DNA of 64,000 nucleotides, taken from contig CAVTBU010000006.1 of the NCBI GenBank assembly GCA_963733035.1, forward strand, positions 384,001 to 448,000. The letters run 5' to 3'. The notes beneath the pieces are model-generated. The model worked only from the letters and a program-made list of their open reading frames with translations, searched no databases and was not told the origin of the DNA. A program made the position numbers and the translations under genes. Source of the DNA: Pirellulales bacterium. GTDB lineage: Bacteria; Planctomycetota; Planctomycetia; Pirellulales; PALSA-1355. Below, piece by piece: positions 9,654 through 18,538 of this stretch (the stretch's first letter is position 1; every line of letters starts with the position of its first letter).

Positions 9654-11039
9654 CTACTCTTCGCCCAGGTAACGGATTCGTTTATTGATGTCGGTATTGA
9701 CCGAATGATAGGGCCGGAACAGGTTTCCCGAGTCAAATAGCGTTTCGCGAATGTGCTCGATATCGTCCGGGCCGATGGCGTCCGTGAAGATCGGCAGCAA
9801 GTACTCGATCCCCAGCGCCGACGGCCGCATGTGCTCGGGATCGTAAAACGAAGGATGCACACTGCGGGCATGGATATGTCCCCAGCGGTCGCGAAAGGCG
9901 TTGCCACCGATGCTATCGACGTAGAAGCCTCGCTCGTCGTTGTACTGCAGAATCGCCACCGCATCGTTTTGCCCCTCGAAGAGCATGTCCACGGCTTTGC
10001 CGCCAAGTTGTGCGGCATAAAAACGATCGAATGCCAACGGCCGTCCGCCACGTTGCGTATGACCGATCTTACGCGTGAAAACGACTTCGCTCGCCTCCTG
10101 ACCGCGACGCGAGTTGCGGAAGTAGTCGTCGCCAAGCGCTTCGATCAACTGCTCGCGCAGGCTCTCGGAGGCTCCGGTAAGTACCAGGTTCCCCGCGGGA
10201 TCCGTGCTGCGTCGTGCCGCACCCAGCGGCGCGCCTGTAGCGTCGACGATGCCTTCGCCACATACGATTACCACGTTCTTCTGTACGTCGTAGATTTCTT
10301 TCACTCGCTGGACGACCAGTTCCAAATTGATTGGTGCTTCCGGAATCAGCACCAGGTCGGGTTGGCCGTAGCTGGAACCCAGGGCAATAAACCCCGAGTG
10401 CCGACCCATCACTTCCACGATCGCGATGCGGCGGTGGCTTTCGGCCGTCGTGCGAACGCGCTCGAGGCCGCCGGCCGAGACGTACACGCTCGTGGCATAG
10501 CCCGGCGTGACATAGTTGATCATCTGCCCCGGATCCATGCTTATGGTCGAAGACTTCCGAATGTAGCGGTGCCCCGGCGATTCGCTGCACGGCACCCGAT
10601 CACATTCGTCGACTTCGCTCGCATAGTTCAGCCCCAAGTCATTGTCGATTGTTTTGGGGCAGAGCACCGTGGGAAGACGCTCGCAAAGCGGCTGCAAGCC
10701 ATTGAGCGTGCCGTCCCCGCCGATGCACAGCAGCCCTTCGATGCCGAGTCGGTTGAGATACCCGAAGATCAGCTGGAGCGTCTCTTTGTCGTTTGGATCG
10801 ACATAATCGCGCGAACCACCGAGGATCGTTCCGCCCTTCGTCGGGTCGAGTTCCGGAATCGCACTGAACAGCGGGTTCAGGTGCACGTGAGGTACACGGG
10901 GATTAAATAGACTGTTAAAGCCCTTGATCAGCCCCAAGACTTCGATCTTGAGTTGATTGGCCCGCACTACCGCTCCGTAGATGCTGGCGTTCAGAGCCGG
11001 TGTATCGCCGCCGGCGGTCAATATGGCAATACGCTTCAT
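9654..11039 (-). CDS. pfkA: 6-phosphofructokinase (PfkA family)
   Basis: ILTAGGDTPALNA, GGTILG, IGGDGTL, PKTIDND, VEVMGRHSG, GHTQRGG. Confidence 0.92.
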   Translation of the reverse strand: MKRIAILTAGGDTPALNASIYGAVVRANQLKIEVLGLIKGFNSLFNPRVPHVHLNPLFSAIPELDPTKGGTILGGSRDYVDPNDKETLQLIFGYLNRLGIEGLLCIGGDGTLNGLQPLCERLPTVLCPKTIDNDLGLNYASEVDECDRVPCSESPGHRYIRKSSTISMDPGQMINYVTPGYATSVYVSAGGLERVRTTAESHRRIAIVEVMGRHSGFIALGSSYGQPDLVLIPEAPINLELVVQRVKEIYDVQKNVVIVCGEGIVDATGAPLGAARRSTDPAGNLVLTGASESLREQLIEALGDDYFRNSRRGQEASEVVFTRKIGHTQRGGRPLAFDRFYAAQLGGKAVDMLFEGQNDAVAILQYNDERGFYVDSIGGNAFRDRWGHIHARSVHPSFYDPEHMRPSALGIEYLLPIFTDAIGPDDIEHIRETLFDSGNLFRPYHSVNTDINKRIRYLGEE

Positions 11040-11267
11040 GGAAGAAACTCAGGGGGAATCGTCGACCGCGGCGACCGATCTGCTTTCGGCGCGCAGCATC
11101 TCAAAGAAAGGTGACTGTGTGCAAGTGTAGTGCCACGGGCACGCCAGCCAGCATCGAGATGGGAGTCTTGCACTTGCATGCCGCGTCGGTCCCGCATGCG
11201 GGCAGTCCGCCGCAATCGACTGGGCTGGCGCCGGCCGCGTATCTGTAATTTCCTGTCGGACAATGTG

Positions 11268-11963
11268 TTATCGCGACGTCACCTTGAGCGGCGTCCCGTT
11301 ATCCTTGGGCCCGATCTGCAGGATGAACGGCACGGCCCGTTTCGCCCAGTCGGCGACGTTCTGGTATGAGCTTGCCGATTCGCCCCACGCAACTCGGAGC
11401 ATGTCGGTGTCAATGATGCCTGGATTCAGGGCCACGGCTGCCATCCCGACGGGCAATTCCTGAGCCAGCGCTTGCGACAGTCCTTCGATGGCCCATTTCG
11501 TCGCGCAGTAGGGGGCTACCTCAGGCGACGTCGAGCGACCCCATCCCGAACTGAAATTGACGATCACGCCCGTCCCGCGTGCCACCATGCTGGGCACAAA
11601 GTGCCGAATTACGTTGGCGACGCCCTTGATGTTCACGTCGACGAGGGCGGCGAATTCTTTGGCCGAGATTTCCCACAGTGGGGCGGGCTCGTTCATCAGT
11701 GCGGCATTGTTGACGACCAAGTCGACGGCGCCGGCACTTTCGAGAACGTCCTGCGCCGACTCGGCCACGGCAGCATCGTTGGCCACGTCCACCGCGTCAA
11801 AACGATGTGGCGCGGGCCAGAGGTTGCGCAGTTCAGCGAGGCTCTGCTGGCGGCGAGCACAACCGAAGACGGTATTTCCCGCTTCGATGAACCCACCCGC
11901 CATGGCGAGGCCCAAACCGCGGCTTACACCCGTCACGACAATTCGTCTATTTTGCCCCGACAT
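11268..11963 (-). CDS. SDR oxidoreductase resembling plant pterin aldehyde reductase
   Basis: TGVSRGLG, NNAA, FSSGWGRS, YCATKWAIEGL, LNPGIIDT. Confidence 0.85.
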   Translation of the reverse strand: MSGQNRRIVVTGVSRGLGLAMAGGFIEAGNTVFGCARRQQSLAELRNLWPAPHRFDAVDVANDAAVAESAQDVLESAGAVDLVVNNAALMNEPAPLWEISAKEFAALVDVNIKGVANVIRHFVPSMVARGTGVIVNFSSGWGRSTSPEVAPYCATKWAIEGLSQALAQELPVGMAAVALNPGIIDTDMLRVAWGESASSYQNVADWAKRAVPFILQIGPKDNGTPLKVTSR

Positions 11964-12100
11964 TGGCACCCTCTCGAATATGGACAAATTTGGCTTAGGG
12001 CATTTAACCGCTTTGAGTTGCACCCCACAGGATACAATCTGCGCGTTGCGGTGACGAACAAGGTCTTGAGTAACTACACAGGTTTGGAATCGACTCGCGC

Positions 12101-12634
12101 ATGGGAATCTTGGCTGGCATTCTGTTCGTTGTGGTGCTCGTCCTCTCCTGGTTCGCTCAGTTGGTCGGCTTGCCGGGTAACTGGACGATCGTGGCCGTGA
12201 CGGCTCTCTATGCGTGGCTGCTGCCGGGCGAACATCTAACGGCGGTCGGCTGGCGCTCGGTTTTGTTTTTGGTCGCGCTAGCCGTGTTGGGCGAAATCGT
12301 CGAATTTGCTGCCGGGGCGATGGGCGTCTCCACCGCCGGCGGAAGTCGCCGCGGCGCAGTACTCGCTATCGTCGGATCCCTGGTCGGCGGCATCGTCGGC
12401 CTGTTTGTTGGATTGCCAATTCCGATCGTCGGTTCGCTGGTCAGCGCCGTCTTGTTTGGGGGCTTAGGGGCGCTGGCCGGTGCCATGCTCGGTGAAACCT
12501 GGAAGGGGCGAGATTTCGAGGCCAGTCTGGAAGTCGGCAAGGCGGCCTTCGTTGGTCGAATCCTGGGGACGGTCGCCAAAATGGTCATCTGCACGCTGAT
12601 GGTTGTCGTGGCGCTGGGAGCGATGGTGGTTTAG
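12101..12634 (+). CDS. DUF456 family membrane protein
   Basis: GLPGNW motif, Gly-rich TM helices, GAMLGE. Confidence 0.8.
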   Translation: MGILAGILFVVVLVLSWFAQLVGLPGNWTIVAVTALYAWLLPGEHLTAVGWRSVLFLVALAVLGEIVEFAAGAMGVSTAGGSRRGAVLAIVGSLVGGIVGLFVGLPIPIVGSLVSAVLFGGLGALAGAMLGETWKGRDFEASLEVGKAAFVGRILGTVAKMVICTLMVVVALGAMVV

Positions 12635-12672
12635 AGGGCAGCGGGACAAGGGGAAAGTACGATGGCGACTTG

Positions 12673-13527
12673 TTATTTCACCGGCTGATTGTTTGTCGGT
12701 TCCAGTTCACTAAGGAAGCGATCAACCGCGGCATAGAACTCGGGAGTTCGCGGGTCGTTGTGATCTCCGCCTGGGATGGTCACGAAGGTCTTCGGTTCGT
12801 TAGCCGCGGTGAAGAGCTGTCGCCCAATTTTGTAGGGAATGATCGTGTCCGCGTCGCCATGAAGCTGCAATAGCGGACCATGATAGTTACCAATCTTGGC
12901 CGCGGAGTTGAGCTGCGTCCGCATCAACAGCTTCACGGGCAAGATCGGATAGTGAAAGGCGGCGACGTCCGGCAGCGACGTAAAGGTGTTTTCCAACACG
13001 AGCCCCCGAGCGCCGTCGCGAGCGGCCAGGTCGACCATGACGCCGCCACCCAATGACTCGCCCATTAGCACGATGTCGGATTCCTTGATTCCCGCTCGTC
13101 GGGCAAGCCAGCGGCGGGCGGCGCGCGCGTCGTCGAGAATACCGGCTTCCGATGGCGTTCCTCCGCTGCGCCCATACCCGCGGTAGTCGAAAATCATCAC
13201 CGACACGCCCAATTGCGAAAGATGCTCGAGCAGTTCATACCGATGACTGAGGTTGCCGGCATTGCCATGCGCAAACAGGGCCACGGCGCGCGGCGTCGAG
13301 TGCGGCACGTACCATCCGTGTAACTGCGTACCGTCGGATGCCTCGAACCAGGCATCTTCAAACTTGAGGCCAGGTGGATTCCAAATGCCCTCGGGGTAGA
13401 CCGACGGAAAGTAAATCAGCGAGTTTTCCATAGTCACCATATAGAGCAGGAACAGCAGGTAGATACCCAGGGGAGCCAGAACCCAGCGAAGTCGCCGTCG
13501 CATGCTGCTTCGTGAGGACGTGGGCAT
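12673..13527 (-). CDS. Alpha/beta hydrolase (ABHD13/17-like)
   Basis: HGNAGN, DYRGYGRS, GESLGG nucleophile elbow, HGDAD, GGDHND. Confidence 0.9.
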   Translation of the reverse strand: MPTSSRSSMRRRLRWVLAPLGIYLLFLLYMVTMENSLIYFPSVYPEGIWNPPGLKFEDAWFEASDGTQLHGWYVPHSTPRAVALFAHGNAGNLSHRYELLEHLSQLGVSVMIFDYRGYGRSGGTPSEAGILDDARAARRWLARRAGIKESDIVLMGESLGGGVMVDLAARDGARGLVLENTFTSLPDVAAFHYPILPVKLLMRTQLNSAAKIGNYHGPLLQLHGDADTIIPYKIGRQLFTAANEPKTFVTIPGGDHNDPRTPEFYAAVDRFLSELEPTNNQPVK

Positions 13528-13640
13528 CGTTTTGCGCGATCTGATCCGCGTTCGACAAAGGGACCTCAGCCCTCAAATGTTCGGTTCCGTTCTCGCAAGG
13601 CCAGTTCATTGCGTCGGACACGCGGGCCCATACTGTGCGG

Positions 13641-13682
13641 AAAAACAAAAACAGCCGGGCGCCCAAAGGGCGCGACGGCTGT
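13641..13682 (-). terminator. Intrinsic terminator of the PEP-CTERM gene
   Basis: Minus strand CAGCCGTCGCGCCC-TTT-GGGCGCCCGGCTG followed by TTTTTGTTTTT. Confidence 0.75.
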
Positions 13683-13708
13683 GTGAGCGAGGACACCTAG
13701 TACGTTAT

Positions 13709-14434
13709 TTAGATCCGCGGCTGACGTGACGTCCTTCGCCGACGTCGCACTGCGGGGATGGCCACCGCAATCGTACCGAATCCAAGCAGCACGCACGTTG
13801 CTGGCTCGGGCACGATCTCCACGTGGGCACCGATGACGCCCGCGAAGAACGGCCCAGGAGGTACAATCGTATTCAAATTCATCGTATACAGATCGCCGCC
13901 AATCAATTGGGGAGCGACCGGATTGAGCGTAATGTTGCTCATGTTTATTTTACGGCCCGCGCCGATGGTACCGCTGATCACGCCGCTGACGCTAAAGACA
14001 CCCGACCCTTGCGACACTCCAACCGTGTCGGTGCCATAGTCGGTAATCGTTACGTCAAACGTGAATGGAATCGAGAGAACTTGATACGGCGTGGCATTTA
14101 CTACCAAGACGTCGATTTGACCAAAGACGATATCCGTTCCGCCATCGATACCGACCAGATTTTCCGAGCCGAGCGGCGGTGGAAGAATAGGGCTTGATGC
14201 TAGACCGCTGAACTGAATCGGCGTGCTGTTGACGGCGCTGGTCATAATCGTCACGAAGTCGGTACCGTTGTTCGTGATCGAATTCGGCACCGGCGTCATG
14301 GCACCAATTGTCGCAATCGTGGAATACTGGAAGTATTCAGCCGATCCTTGGCGGCAATATCCCGCAAGGGCTGCCAGCAGCACACAACCGCCAGCGATTC
14401 GCGGGAACAAAGATCGTAAGGGGGGGAAAGGCAT
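13709..14434 (-). CDS. PEP-CTERM sorting-domain surface protein
   Basis: Signal peptide. Thr/Ser/Gly-rich beta-type body. C-terminal VPEPATCVLLGFG-TM-RRRRR. Confidence 0.9.
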   Translation of the reverse strand: MPFPPLRSLFPRIAGGCVLLAALAGYCRQGSAEYFQYSTIATIGAMTPVPNSITNNGTDFVTIMTSAVNSTPIQFSGLASSPILPPPLGSENLVGIDGGTDIVFGQIDVLVVNATPYQVLSIPFTFDVTITDYGTDTVGVSQGSGVFSVSGVISGTIGAGRKINMSNITLNPVAPQLIGGDLYTMNLNTIVPPGPFFAGVIGAHVEIVPEPATCVLLGFGTIAVAIPAVRRRRRTSRQPRI

Positions 14435-14762
14435 ATTCTTGTTCCTGAATTAACGTATCAATCAAATCCGCAGGTGTTCGTCTCTATGTGAATCACGCCG
14501 GGAGCGCGCAACAGCGCGCTCGCGAGCGGTGGAAAGTTCGCTCTGCATGCAGACCAAGTGAAGGGGCGAATTCCGTCACGAGACGGATGCGCACAAAATC
14601 ACCTGGACAACAGAATCAAAGTGGAGATGAGAGCCCCGGGAAGGGAAATTCGACCAACGCGGGTTCCGGGCCGCGGTGGAGGAGGCTCTCAATTCAGAAT
14701 CATTAGCTCTTGGTTACCGGCAGAGTAATCACGGTTGCCTGGAATGCCTCGGTAGTGTCTCT

Positions 14763-14790
14763 ACTCTAGCGAGAACTTGGGTTGTGTCAA
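14763..14790 (-). promoter_or_regulatory. Sigma-70-type promoter for the PEP-CTERM gene
   Basis: TTGACA-16 bp-TAGAGT on the minus strand, with an A-tract upstream. Confidence 0.55.
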
Positions 14791-14867
14791 GCAATGTGGC
14801 GGATTTTTTTTCGGATTTCGCTAGCACAACTGGCGCTGGCCCAAAAACCTCGGGAAAAACCGCGGAT

Positions 14868-17045
14868 TCACGCTTTCCGACGCCTGCTGAGAATGGCTTC
14901 GAGTCGGTTTCCAGCCGCCCCGTGGGTAAGAATCTCGAATACTTTCTCGGCAATGACGCCGCCCGCTTCCAACGCGGGTAATCCGCCTTCGTGAATATTT
15001 GAGATCACGGTGTACTCCATCGTTGGCGGTTTGCCCCCTTCATCAGGCCGGTACACGAGGTAGGCAGACAGGCTTCGCGCTCCCAGAGGATCGCCGCCGG
15101 GACGTTCGCCCACTAGAAAAATCACAAGTCTGCTTTGTAGCCGCTGGGCGATCTGCTCGGCCAGCTTTACCCGCCCGTAACGCACCACGATCGGCCGTCC
15201 CTGGCTGAGGTTGCGGGCTTGTAGTCCGTCAACCAATACGGCCATCAGCTTTGGCACGTTGTGGTGAACAGCCGGCGCGCTGAGTCCATCCGACACGACG
15301 ATTTGCACCTGTCGGTGCTCGGGTTGCAATTGGTTCAGATCACGATCGTTCAAACGACTTCCCAAGTCGGGCGAGTTAAGATGCGATTGCTTGTCTTCGG
15401 CTTGCGTCGAAACCACGCGAAAATCACCAATTTGTTTGAGCGCCTCCAAATCAAGTTCGGCATGGATCGCTTCGCGCCCCACGGCCCGACCCAAACGCGC
15501 CCGTCGGCTTACGACGTCGGCAGGACGCGGTCCGGCGGTTTCAAAGCCGTAGGCAGAAGGCGTCACTTTCCGCAGGGCAGCCAATTCTTCCTTCGATCCG
15601 CAGAACTGACACGGATTGCCCCACTCGGGTCCACGCACGGTCCGGCCAGCGGCGTCTTCGCGTAGAAGATCGCGTTCGATTGCCCAGGCGAGATACTCCG
15701 GCGCGGGCCTGCGGTCGTGGGTTTCGCGCAGGGTTTGATCGTCGTGCGCACTGGTGTCGAAGTAAGCCAACATGCGATCGGAATTCAAGGCCACGTCCAT
15801 GTAGTAGTTGGCGCCGGCTGCGGTCAGCATTTCAGTGGCCATTTGTTGGCCTTCAAGCGTGATTTCTGAATGAAGTGTGTAGCAGGGAGCCATGCCCATT
15901 GGCAGTCCCAATAGCTTGCCCAGGAAGTGGTCCTGCAAGTTTGAGACGATCATCTCAAAGCTGTCGCGATGCGTTTCAGGGCCGATGAATCCCGTCACGT
16001 TGTTCACCATGAACGGATCGTAGCGCCGCGCCAGACCGTAGCAGAGAGCCTCGGTCGTCGTCATGTCGATGCCATTGTGCTTGCCGTAGGTGAACTCACT
16101 CCCTTGTCCGGTTTCAAAATACATCTGCTGCGGTGTAATGTCGCGGAGGGGGCCTCGTTCGATCATGGCGTGGTAGCCACGGTCGAGTAGCTCCACGGTG
16201 ACGTCAAATTCTTCGATGAGCGTGCGGTCCGTCCCGGCAAGGCTTTGGAACAGGATCTCAACCGGTGCGTTCCGCGTCAAACATGCGAGCTGCGTCTTGA
16301 TGTGCGCCAAGACGCAAATTTGCGTCGGCACCGCCGCCGCGCGACGCAGCTCGTCGAGATGCACGAGCAACGCCTCGACATTGTCGGTCGTATCGACCGC
16401 CGGATTGACGCCCAGGAGTGCGTCTCCGGCCGCCAGCGACAGTCCCCAGTAGACCAACTGCGAAATCGAGCGCGGATCGTCCGTCGGATGGTTCGGTTGC
16501 AGCCGTGAGGCGAGCGTGCCCGGCAGGCCCAGAGTCGTGCGGGCGCGGCTGGTGCGCGGTAGCTTGCGAGCCAGGTAGATGAGTTCGTGTACATCACAAA
16601 TCTTGGCGACAGCCGCGGCGATTGGCCCCGTGATCGCTTTTCCCAGCGGCAAAATGTCCGCGCTCGGCTCGCGGAGTAGCTGGTCCTTGAAGTCACCGAC
16701 CGTCAGTCTGGCGATGCGTGAAAACTCTGCACGGTCGATGTCGTAGTTGGCCCGCGCGACCGAGTCGATCTTTCCGGCGTCGTCCAACAGTGGGTGATCG
16801 TAGAGATTCTCCAATGTCAGTGAGGCTAGTACCGAGCGAGCCGCTTCGCGTTCGAGTTCATCCTTGGCGGCCAGGCCCGCATTGCGTTCGCCGGCCTTGC
16901 TGTAGTCAGCGGCACCAAGCAACGCCTTAAGGCCGACGAAATGCCACGCTCGGTTTCCCACGCGGGCGCAATAGGTCTCGTCGGCAGCCGGGACGGGAAC
17001 ATCGATTTCCGCGAGCGGAGTGAGTGAAGTATGTTTCACTGGCAT
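14868..17045 (-). CDS. eutBC: Ethanolamine ammonia-lyase, EutB-EutC in-frame fusion (AdoCbl-dependent)
   Basis: EutB motifs RLQPNHPTDD, GVNPA, FQSLAGT, YFETGQGS, GFIGPE, DHFLGKLLGLPMG. Then EutC motifs PDLGSRL, VSDGLSA, GRVK, LVGERPG, SLSAY, ISNIHEGG. One 725-aa ORF. Confidence 0.92.
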   Translation of the reverse strand: MPVKHTSLTPLAEIDVPVPAADETYCARVGNRAWHFVGLKALLGAADYSKAGERNAGLAAKDELEREAARSVLASLTLENLYDHPLLDDAGKIDSVARANYDIDRAEFSRIARLTVGDFKDQLLREPSADILPLGKAITGPIAAAVAKICDVHELIYLARKLPRTSRARTTLGLPGTLASRLQPNHPTDDPRSISQLVYWGLSLAAGDALLGVNPAVDTTDNVEALLVHLDELRRAAAVPTQICVLAHIKTQLACLTRNAPVEILFQSLAGTDRTLIEEFDVTVELLDRGYHAMIERGPLRDITPQQMYFETGQGSEFTYGKHNGIDMTTTEALCYGLARRYDPFMVNNVTGFIGPETHRDSFEMIVSNLQDHFLGKLLGLPMGMAPCYTLHSEITLEGQQMATEMLTAAGANYYMDVALNSDRMLAYFDTSAHDDQTLRETHDRRPAPEYLAWAIERDLLREDAAGRTVRGPEWGNPCQFCGSKEELAALRKVTPSAYGFETAGPRPADVVSRRARLGRAVGREAIHAELDLEALKQIGDFRVVSTQAEDKQSHLNSPDLGSRLNDRDLNQLQPEHRQVQIVVSDGLSAPAVHHNVPKLMAVLVDGLQARNLSQGRPIVVRYGRVKLAEQIAQRLQSRLVIFLVGERPGGDPLGARSLSAYLVYRPDEGGKPPTMEYTVISNIHEGGLPALEAGGVIAEKVFEILTHGAAGNRLEAILSRRRKA

Positions 17046-17060
17046 TCCTTCCTCTGTGTC

Positions 17061-18472
17061 CTAGCGAACGGCATAAAGCCACAGGGGCACCACCGTTTCG
17101 CGCTGCCGCCCGACTCTCACGAACTGCGCGTCACGCGACGGCACTTCGTCGATGACGATCAAGTCCACTTTGAGTTTACCCCATCGCGTCACGTAATGCC
17201 CCAGGGTCTTGCCAACATTCGCTTCGACGAGCAGGACGAGCGTGGTGCCACGAGGTTGCGGCCGAGACTCGAAGCCGTCTGACAATAGTTTGCCGATGCG
17301 CCGAAGATCGTCGAGGTTCTGTTCGTCCAGTTCGACTTGCAGTGCCGACGGGCGACCTGTGGAAACGACCAGCTCGAGCAACTCGGCAATTTGAGCGTCG
17401 GTGATGTTCTTATTTAGTCGTCCCACCAGAGGCACGTCGTTCAGCGGTAACCGTGTGGGGTCGGGAAGATACAACGTCGCCCCGGAAAGTTCAGTGCTGT
17501 GGCGTAAGAGGCCAAAAACCGTGGCGTGTCCGAGTCCCTCCGGCGACAGCGTCATCTTTTCGGCGATGGGAGGGCAGTTCAAAATTGCCCTGGCAAGTTC
17601 GCCCCCTAGGTCACCGAACTCGGTGGCGGCCGGTTGACCCGCGTTTGCGCCAGTTGGTATACAAGTTCGCCGACGCCGCCGGAGAGGGCGACCAGGGCAG
17701 ATTGCCCGTCGAATTGCGACATATCGAACGAAGCTTGCACGTGGTCGCGAGCAACGTCATCTTCGAACACATGCGGGTTGCCGCCGATTGCCGCGACGAG
17801 CAGCTCGACGTAATAGTTGACAATCCTTGTGACCTCTGCGCGCGTCAGCTCGTCGCCTGGAGCGTGTTGAATTCCAAGGCGGCCTAACAACCTACCGGCC
17901 AACTGGGAGAGGCCGGCGAGTCGATAAGATCCTGGATCGAACTGCAAGTGCCGAGCTCCCACAAGTAGCGATCCGGTCGCGAGAACCTGACCGTTGATTC
18001 CGAGCGCCAGATTCGTCGTGCCGCCGCCGATGTCGACGTTGAGAATCGGCGTTTCTGTATGCGTTTGCGAAAGCTTGTGACAATTTCCCATGAAGGCTAG
18101 CCAGGCCTCGAGCCTTGGTGCATCGGTCGCAGCCAGCACCGCGTCAGCCAATCGCGTGCCAAGCATCTCGCGAATTGCCGTGGCGTTATCACGCTGCGCA
18201 GCGAGGCCGGTAATGAGAGCGCCGCCGCTGAAAATCTCCTGCGGCACAACGCCCGCGTCCGCGAGCCACCTGTCGAGATAGGCAGCAAGCCGCTCGGCGT
18301 CGATCCGCCGGCCTTGGTAGGGTGTGAAGACCACCTCGGATCGAAAACATTCTTCGACGTGCGTCACGTCGACGCATCCTAGCGCGCCGGTCGTCAGTCG
18401 ACCCTTGGCCACGACGAGGCACGAAGTCGTCGTCCCGCAGTCCAATCCGACCAAGGTGACGCTACGGCTCAT
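17061..18472 (-). CDS. eutA: Ethanolamine ammonia-lyase reactivating factor EutA, frameshifted near 17640
   Basis: VGLDCGTTTS, SGGALITG, NVDIGGGTTN, LSGGVGE in ORF 17606..18529. FGDLG..ATVFG..STELSGATLY and DLIVIDEV in the downstream frame. Confidence 0.85.
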
Positions 18473-18538
18473 GACTGCATCTCGTGCTGGCTTCAACAAG
18501 CAGACCACGCACGCCACCGAATCGACCACAATCCCAAG

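Noticed and set aside
14563..14600. c-di-GMP-I riboswitch look-alike (GGCGAA-TTCCGTC-ACGA-GACGGA...CAAA)
   Set aside because: It lies on the strand opposite the downstream gene, the loop is not GNRA, and no matching second stem is visible.
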